Source of the DNA: an uncultured Actinomycetota bacterium
Lineage (GTDB): Bacteria; Actinomycetota; Actinomycetes; Actinomycetales; Dermatophilaceae
Assembly: GCA_963730165.1 (NCBI GenBank)
Contig: CAVSQS010000005.1
Coordinates: 40,117 to 72,116, forward strand
DNA: 32,000 bases
Reading direction: 5' to 3'
Shown here: positions 26,623-32,000 of the stretch, one piece after another
How positions within the stretch are numbered: position 1 is the stretch's first letter
Layout of the letters: every line of letters begins with the position of its first letter
Notes under the pieces: model-generated
What the model was told of the DNA's origin: nothing
The model's input: only the letters and a program-made list of their open reading frames with translations
The model's database searches: none
Position numbers and translations under genes: made by a program

Positions 26623-26726
26623 GGCTGACCCCCTTCCCCGAGCGGCCGGGCCCCTCCCCGGTGCACTGCCCCTAGGGAACCCCGCCAGAGGGGCGGCCGC
26701 ATCCCGAGCGGCGCACAACTGTGGAC
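26371..26726. repeat. direct repeat copy B (356 bp) of the tadA 5' end plus leader
   Basis: See copy A. Homology ends abruptly at 26370/26371 (inside the tadA reading frame) and at 26726/26727. Confidence 0.9.
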
Positions 26727-26948
26727 GAGGCGACGCTGCAGGGGGAGATGAGAACGAAGTGACCTACCGACGCGCGACCCGGACGACGCAAGAGAGCGGT
26801 TCGGCGGTCCGCCCCGGCTGGTGGCGCCGCGGTGGGCGCACCCCAGCATCCACGCCGTCTGTCGTCGTCCCGACCTCGTTGACCGCGGCATACCAGTTGG
26901 GTACCACGTCGCAGGTGGCGTGCTGCCGTGGACGGCTTGCTGGGCAGC

Positions 26949-27290
26949 TCAGACGTGCTGGACGTGGTAGACGACGGTCTGCACGCGGATCTTGCCGTCA
27001 GCGAAGACGAAGGTGTCGATGCCGTCGTCGACCTTGAAGCCCTCACCGGAGGCGGCCCACTCGAGGTACAGGACGTCGTCGGCGAACGTCGTGGAGAGGG
27101 TCCACTCGGCGTTCGGGACGTCGCTGAGCAGCTGGGTGAACACCTCCCGGGCCCCTTCCAGCCCCCGAAGGACCTTCCCCTGCACGATGAACAGCGAGTC
27201 CTCGCTGTAATCCTCGAGGATGCCCTCCAGGTCACCGGCTCCCAGTACCTGGCCGTGGTGCGCAAAGACCTCTTCCGGAGTCCGCGACAT
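26949..27290 (-). CDS. NTF2-fold / SnoaL-like small protein (113 aa)
   Basis: ATG 27290 is preceded by GGAAGGGGGA. The translation MSRTPEEVFAHHGQVLGAGDLEGILEDYSEDSLFIVQGKVLRGLEGAREVFTQLL...DDVLYLEWAASGEGFKVDDGIDTFVFADGKIRVQTV shows the typical SnoaL-like pattern. The track ORF has a 55-codon non-coding extension. Confidence 0.7.
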   Translation of the reverse strand: MSRTPEEVFAHHGQVLGAGDLEGILEDYSEDSLFIVQGKVLRGLEGAREVFTQLLSDVPNAEWTLSTTFADDVLYLEWAASGEGFKVDDGIDTFVFADGKIRVQTVVYHVQHV

Positions 27291-27681
27291 TGCGGTCCCC
27301 CTTCCGTTTCGTGGGCTGTCCCTCAGGGCGGTACGAGAAGTGTCCCACCCCGCAAATGTGCGCCACAAGGCGCTGCCTCTGGCCAACGGGCACTCCCGGT
27401 GCTTGGCTCTGACCAGGGGCGGGCCGCGAGGGCTACCGCTTCCCGACTTCGCCAAGAGTGGTCATGAGCTGCGGTCGAGGAGGTCCCGGAGCCGGCGCTG
27501 CGCGAGGTCGGGTCCGCTGTGGATCACCTGGCGCCGGGCTACGCGTCGCCCCCCATCCGCTCATCAGCGAGAGCCTCGCTGCGCTCACCAGCGCCGGTGA
27601 GCCGACCCCCCGCTCTCGAGAGAGGCACTCCCCGAGGCAGTCCCGACCAGCGGATCGCGATGTGAGCAGGCGACGACCCGA

Positions 27682-28230
27682 TCACCCGGGTCGGTGCTCG
27701 GAGGTCCGCTGCTCCGAGCGCAGGATCCCCATGCGCACGACGTCCTCGTAGGCGCCACGGACCCAGGCGTGCTGGCGTTGACGTCCCTCCACGACGAAAC
27801 CCGCCTTCTCATAGGCGCGGATGGCGGCGATGTTCGATGAGATCGCCTGAAGATGGATCCGGCGCAGGTTGAGACGCACGAACCCGAACTCGACGAGCTG
27901 GCTGATGGCGGCTGTCCCGATCCCCCGACCCCGGGCGCCCCGTTCCAGGGTGATCCCGGCCTCGGCGTGACGCGCGAGCAGGTCGACGTCGAACAGGGTC
28001 GCACTGCCGACAGCTGTGCCGTCGACGTCGACGACGAAGAACACCGGGGCCCGGGGGTCCTCGTCGTCGGCAGCGCGCGCGAGTCGAGCGTCGAAGCGGT
28101 CCCTCGTGACGGGGCGCGGCGCGTGCGATGTCCGCTCCTCCCAGGTGTCCAGGTCGGCGGCGGTCTCGAACAGCAGGTCGAGGTCTTCGTCGGTGCGGGG
28201 CCGCAGCGACACGATGGGTGGGTTCGGCAC
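27682..28230 (-). CDS. GNAT-family N-acetyltransferase (RimJ/RimL-like)
   Basis: The sequence runs LRPRTDEDLDLLFETAAD ... the motif-A region ITLERGARGRGIGTAAISQLVEFGF ... LQAISSNIAAIRAYEKAGFVVEGRQR. The start is either GTG 28230 or GTG 28212. The 400-aa track ORF is a read-through of junk frame. Confidence 0.8.
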   Translation of the reverse strand: MPNPPIVSLRPRTDEDLDLLFETAADLDTWEERTSHAPRPVTRDRFDARLARAADDEDPRAPVFFVVDVDGTAVGSATLFDVDLLARHAEAGITLERGARGRGIGTAAISQLVEFGFVRLNLRRIHLQAISSNIAAIRAYEKAGFVVEGRQRQHAWVRGAYEDVVRMGILRSEQRTSEHRPG

Positions 28231-28381
28231 GGTCAGGACGCTACGGCGATGACGGCGGGCACACCACCGGCTTTCGCCCGTGTCGGGGACGAGGGCGACG
28301 AAGCGCAGGATGCCGTGCTTCCGCCGATGGCGTGGAAGAGGCACGCTGGACGCGTTGTCGCGACGTCGGAGGGAGTGCCAG

Positions 28382-28564
28382 GTGGACATCGACCGGCAGG
28401 AGATCATCGACCAGCTTCGCGGTCGGAACGAGGACGACGTCGCCGACCTCGCGGAGCGAGAGCTCCCCGAGGTGGTCGACACCCAGGAGCATGCCGACCT
28501 CCTCCATCGGCTCGGCATCAACCCGGCGGATCTGCTGGGTGGGATCGGTGGCACCTTCGGCTGA
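28382..28564 (+). CDS. hypothetical small acidic protein (60 aa)
   Basis: GTG 28382 is preceded by GGAGGGAG (28369-28376). The translation is VDIDRQEIIDQLRGRNEDDVADLAERELPEVVDTQEHADLLHRLGINPADLLGGIGGTFG. Third-position GC is high, but the exactly antisense frame is also open and GC3-rich, so the strand is not certain. Confidence 0.4.
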   Translation: MDIDRQEIIDQLRGRNEDDVADLAERELPEVVDTQEHADLLHRLGINPADLLGGIGGTFG

Positions 28565-28736
28565 GCCGCCCCGAGGCCGGACGTTCCGCGCCGTGCAGAC
28601 CGACTGGTCCCTCGTCCAACCGCATTGCTCGAGGTACGACCCTGCAGCCGGGTGACGGTGTGGGCAATCCACTGTTCGTACTGCGCGTCGCTCCAGCCGG
28701 CGTGGCGCACGAGCAGCCGGTATCCCTGGTCGGTCA

Positions 28737-29285
28737 TCACTGCCCACAGGCCCTCGGCGCGCTGACGCTCCAGGTCGTGGCCGGCCATGAGCGCCATCCC
28801 GGCGACGAAGTCCGGCGCTGGCGCTCCATCTCGGCGGTCAACTCCTCCGCCGGCGCGGCCTCGGTGTCGGCGGCCGTGCGCCACACCCGCATCAGCTCCA
28901 CCGTGCGCCGGTGCACCTCGACTGCCAGCCGCGCGCCGGCCGCGGCAGGCTGCGGAAGGTCACCCTCGGCCAGCGCCGCGAACCGGTCACGCGCCATGGC
29001 CCCCACCGGCTCGTCGTCACCGACCGCGGCCACGTCGACGACCGCCTTGAACAGCTCTGCCTTCGACCCGAACGTGTCGTAGATCGTCTTCAGCGAGATA
29101 TTCGCGTCCTCGGCGATGTCTCGAACCCGCGTCGCGGCCCACCCGCGGTCGACGAGCATTCGGTGGGCCACCGCCAGGACCGCCGCCCGCGTCCGTCGCG
29201 CCTGGCGGCTCCGCAGATCACTGACGTATCGCCGTCGGGGCGGCTCGGGCTCCTCCCGAGTTGCGTCCGCTGCGCTCCCCTCCAT
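28737..29285 (-). CDS. TetR/AcrR-family transcriptional regulator, apparently frameshifted in its C-terminal domain
   Basis: The N-terminal HTH is RTRAAVLAVAHRMLVDRGWAATRVRDIAEDANISLKTIYDTFGSKAELF. The last ~25 codons of this frame (RRTSSPGWRSWPATTWSVSAPRACGQ) look like junk. A TetR-like C-terminus (DFVAGMALMAGHDLERQRAEGLWAVMTDQGYRLLVRHAGWSDAQYEQWIAHTVTRL) is encoded in another frame over ~28650-28815. Confidence 0.7.
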   Translation of the reverse strand: MEGSAADATREEPEPPRRRYVSDLRSRQARRTRAAVLAVAHRMLVDRGWAATRVRDIAEDANISLKTIYDTFGSKAELFKAVVDVAAVGDDEPVGAMARDRFAALAEGDLPQPAAAGARLAVEVHRRTVELMRVWRTAADTEAAPAEELTAEMERQRRTSSPGWRSWPATTWSVSAPRACGQ

Positions 29286-29463
29286 TACCTCGAGATCGCA
29301 CCGCCATTTCAGCGAATGACCGGCGGATGAGGCGGTTCCTCGTCAGCGACGAAGCACCGCGCGCCACGCAGGCCGCCGGGCGGCCCCGTCCGCGACTCAC
29401 CCTCCCCCGGGACCTGTGGACAACCGACGGCCGGTGTCGCCGGCGGCACCTACGGTCGCCCAC

Positions 29464-32000
29464 ATGGAGATGGGGGTCACCGTGCACGAGCCACGCCGCC
29501 GACCGCGGCCGGTCGAGCTGACCGTGCGCTGGACGGGCGAACACACCACGGCCGACCTCCGGGCGGCCCTCGCTGATCACCTGGGTCGGCCGGTCACGCA
29601 CCTCCTGGCATCGGGGCGACCGGTACCCGATGACGCGCTCGTCGGCCGCCCGCCACTTCTCGACGGTGTCTCGCTCGTCATCGCACCGACGGCGGCTGCA
29701 CTCGGAGCGCTGGCCCCTCCCGCGGCGCTCGAGCTCGCCGTCGTCGCTGGCCCCGACGCCGGCCGGTCTCGGCCCTTGGTCCCGCCGGGCTTCGAGGTGG
29801 GCCGTGGGCCCGGAGCGGGAATGCGTCTGGACGACCCAGCCCTCAGTCGCGTCCACGCGCAGGTCGTGGTGGATGCCACCGGCGTCCGGATTCGCGACCT
29901 CGGGGCGACGAACGGGGTGCTCGTCGATGGTCGCCGGGTCCAGGACGCCGCCTCGGTCGACACCCGGTCGACCATCCTGGCCGGCCACAGCACACTGGCC
30001 CTGCGCCGACGGCCACCACCCGGGCTCCCGCTCTCGCACTCCGGCGACGGCACCGAGCTGCTCACCATCGGACCCTCGGCTCCCGAGGGCTCGCCCGCCG
30101 TCGAGGTGGCGGCACCACGCGAGCCGGAGGACTCCCCACCGCCGCGCATCCCGTGGCTGGCCGCGCTGGTGCCGCTGCCCGTCGCGCTCGTGCTCGCCGC
30201 GTTCCTCGGTGCGCACCTGCTGGCCTTCGCGCTGCTCGGACCCGTCACCGTCATGGGCAGCGCCCTCGGCGACCGATGGGGCGGACGGCGACGCCGACGA
30301 CGGGCGTGGGAGGAGCACGCCACGGCGCTGGCAGCCGCCCGTCAACGGCTCGCCAGCGCGCTCCAGGCCGAACGGGATGAACGGCAGCGCCGGCATCCGG
30401 ACCCCCACGTGATCCTGGTCCGCGCAGAGCGCCGGCTGCCCGGGCTGTGGTGCGGCGCGGGTCCCACCGTCCGGGTCGGGCTCGCGGCGATCGCCTCGCG
30501 CACGTCGTGGGTGGCCGGCGGCTCCGGCGAGTCGGCGGCCCTCGCGGACGCGCCGCTCACCATCGACCTGCTCGAGGTCGGGAGCCTGGCCGTCGTCGGG
30601 CCGGAGGCCCAGGCCCGGAAGGTGCTCGACTGGCTCCTCGGGCAGCTCTGCGTCCGCCTGCCGCCCGAGCGGCTCCACGTGTCGGCCAGCGACCCGCGCC
30701 TCCTCGGCGAGTGGCAGCGGGTCCCCCACGCACGCCGGGGTCCCGCCCCCGGAGCAGTGCGGTGCCACGTCGTGCGGAACGGCGACGACCCCGCCGACGC
30801 ACCGGCGCCAGGGATCCTCGCCGATGTCACGATCCTCCTCGCATGCTCTCCGACCGAGCTGCCGGACACCCCTGGGGCAACCCTGATGATCGGGCCCACC
30901 GGACGTGCCCACCTCGCAGGAGCGGAGGGTCCACCGTCACCCGTCACGCTCGACGGCGTGGGCGACTGGTGGGCAGAGCGGGTCAGCCGTGCCCTCGCCC
31001 CTCTCCGCTGTGCGGGCTCGCCGAGCCCCGGCGGGAGCGACGACGACCTGACGATCGCCGACCTCCTCGGAGCCGACCGGATGTCACCCGACGGCATCGC
31101 GAGCCACTGGGACGAAGGCCCTCACGAGCCGTCGGCCGCGGTGGGGAGGGTGGGCCGCGTCGTCCAGCGCATCGACCTGGCCCGGCACGGGCCGCACGTG
31201 CTCGTCGCGGGGACCACCGGCTCCGGGAAGTCGGAGTTCCTCCGGACGCTCGTGACCGGGCTGGCCCTCGAGCTGCCACCCGAGCGGCTGTCGTTGCTGC
31301 TCGTCGACTTCAAGGGCGGCGCGGCGTTCGGGCCGTGCGCCCGGCTCCCCCACGTCGTGGGTCTCGTGACCGATCTCGACGACCATCTCGTCGGCAGGGT
31401 GCTCACCTCCCTGCGCGCCGAGCTCCGCCGCCGCGAGCAGGTTCTCGCCGCCGCCGGCGCCGCCGACCTGGGCGAGCTCGACGGCCGCTCCCCCCTCCCC
31501 CGGCTCGTCCTCGTCGTCGACGAGCTCAGAGCCCTGGTCGACGAGCTCCCCGAGTTCGTCAGCGGCCTCGTCCGGCTGGCCGCCCAGGGCCGTTCTCTCG
31601 GCATCCATCTCGTCCTCGCGACCCAGCGACCCGGCGGCACTGTCACCGCCGAGATCCAGGCAAACGTCGACCTCAGGGTGGCCTTCCGCGTCCGCGACCG
31701 GACCGACTCCGTCGACGTGATCGAGGCCCCGGACGCGGCGCTCATCGACCCGCGCTGCCCCGGCCGGGCCATCGCCCGCGGCAGCGACGGCGCCCTCACC
31801 GACTTCCGTGCCGCGCTCGTCGCCCCACCCCCGGAGGGGACCGGGCTCACCGTCGCGCGCGTTGCATCGGCGCCGGCAGTCGCTGACGGTCCCCGGACCC
31901 GCGAGCGCAGCGCCGAGACCGCGGCGGTCGTCTCCGCGGTGGCGGCCGCCGCGGGCGCTCGACGGGTCCCTCTCCCGGCGCCGCCGTGGCTGCCGCCACT
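29464..32000 (+). CDS. FHA-domain plus FtsK/SpoIIIE-family ATPase membrane protein (EssC/EccC-like architecture), 3' end beyond the window
   Basis: Absent from the supplied ORF track because there is no stop in the window. I translated it by hand, line by line, from ATG 29464 to 32000 and found no stop and very high third-position GC. It contains an FHA block (GRGPGAGMRLDDPALSRVHAQVVVDATGVRIRDLGATNGVLVDGRRV), two TM helices (IPWLAALVPLPVALVLAAFLGAHLLAFALLGPVTVMG), Walker A GTTGSGKSEFL (31210-31233), Walker B LVLVVDEL (~31507) and LVLATQRP. The start is uncertain: GTG 29416/29434, ATG 29470 and GTG 29482 are also in frame. Confidence 0.85.
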   Translation, partial: MEMGVTVHEPRRRPRPVELTVRWTGEHTTADLRAALADHLGRPVTHLLASGRPVPDDALVGRPPLLDGVSLVIAPTAAALGALAPPAALELAVVAGPDAGRSRPLVPPGFEVGRGPGAGMRLDDPALSRVHAQVVVDATGVRIRDLGATNGVLVDGRRVQDAASVDTRSTILAGHSTLALRRRPPPGLPLSHSGDGTELLTIGPSAPEGSPAVEVAAPREPEDSPPPRIPWLAALVPLPVALVLAAFLGAHLLAFALLGPVTVMGSALGDRWGGRRRRRRAWEEHATALAAARQRLASALQAERDERQRRHPDPHVILVRAERRLPGLWCGAGPTVRVGLAAIASRTSWVAGGSGESAALADAPLTIDLLEVGSLAVVGPEAQARKVLDWLLGQLCVRLPPERLHVSASDPRLLGEWQRVPHARRGPAPGAVRCHVVRNGDDPADAPAPGILADVTILLACSPTELPDTPGATLMIGPTGRAHLAGAEGPPSPVTLDGVGDWWAERVSRALAPLRCAGSPSPGGSDDDLTIADLLGADRMSPDGIASHWDEGPHEPSAAVGRVGRVVQRIDLARHGPHVLVAGTTGSGKSEFLRTLVTGLALELPPERLSLLLVDFKGGAAFGPCARLPHVVGLVTDLDDHLVGRVLTSLRAELRRREQVLAAAGAADLGELDGRSPLPRLVLVVDELRALVDELPEFVSGLVRLAAQGRSLGIHLVLATQRPGGTVTAEIQANVDLRVAFRVRDRTDSVDVIEAPDAALIDPRCPGRAIARGSDGALTDFRAALVAPPPEGTGLTVARVASAPAVADGPRTRERSAETAAVVSAVAAAAGARRVPLPAPPWLPP

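Noticed and set aside
27291-27681. A possible remnant gene between the SnoaL-like and GNAT genes. A protein-like C-terminus (...VIHSGPDLAQRRLRDLLDRSS*) ends at 27462 on the minus strand.
   Set aside because: That frame is closed by a TGA only ~35 codons upstream. It may be a relic, but it is too short to call.

Overview
This is a high-GC, actinobacterial-type chromosomal window, densely coding and mostly organised as minus-strand operons. All functional calls come from reading motifs in the translations; no homology search was possible.

Contents from left to right:
- The 3' ~840 codons of pyruvate carboxylase.
- A CsbD-like small ORF that is missing from the supplied ORF track.
- The conserved cluster prfB, hypothetical, ftsE, ftsX, coiled-coil M23 peptidase, smpB and a DUF2207 membrane protein.
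- hsp20, with a divergent small Cys/His-rich protein.
- A TreT-like GT4 glycosyltransferase lying 40 nt downstream of a group-3b-type [NiFe] hydrogenase operon. The operon order is beta, stand-alone cNMP-binding-like protein, gamma, small subunit, large subunit, maturation protease.
- An actinobacterial Tad-like operon: tadA, tadB, tadC, a pilin-like gene and three TadE-like genes.
- An accessory stretch, described next.

In the accessory stretch, a 356-bp segment (the 5' end of tadA plus its leader) is present twice as a direct repeat, at 22763-23118 and 26371-26726. The two copies bracket a ~3.25-kb, compositionally different insert. The insert carries a frameshifted CWB2 cell-wall-binding gene remnant and an intact secreted protein with three nearly identical 303-bp CWB2 repeats.

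To the right of the insert lie an NTF2/SnoaL-like gene, a GNAT acetyltransferase, a small acidic ORF and a TetR gene that looks frameshifted. They are followed by a long FHA plus FtsK/SpoIIIE ATPase gene that runs off the window. That gene is absent from the ORF track because it has no stop codon inside the window.

Many long ORFs in the supplied track are alternative-frame or read-through artefacts of the high GC content. I trimmed starts accordingly. I saw no rRNA, tRNA, tmRNA, CRISPR array, transposase or integrase.
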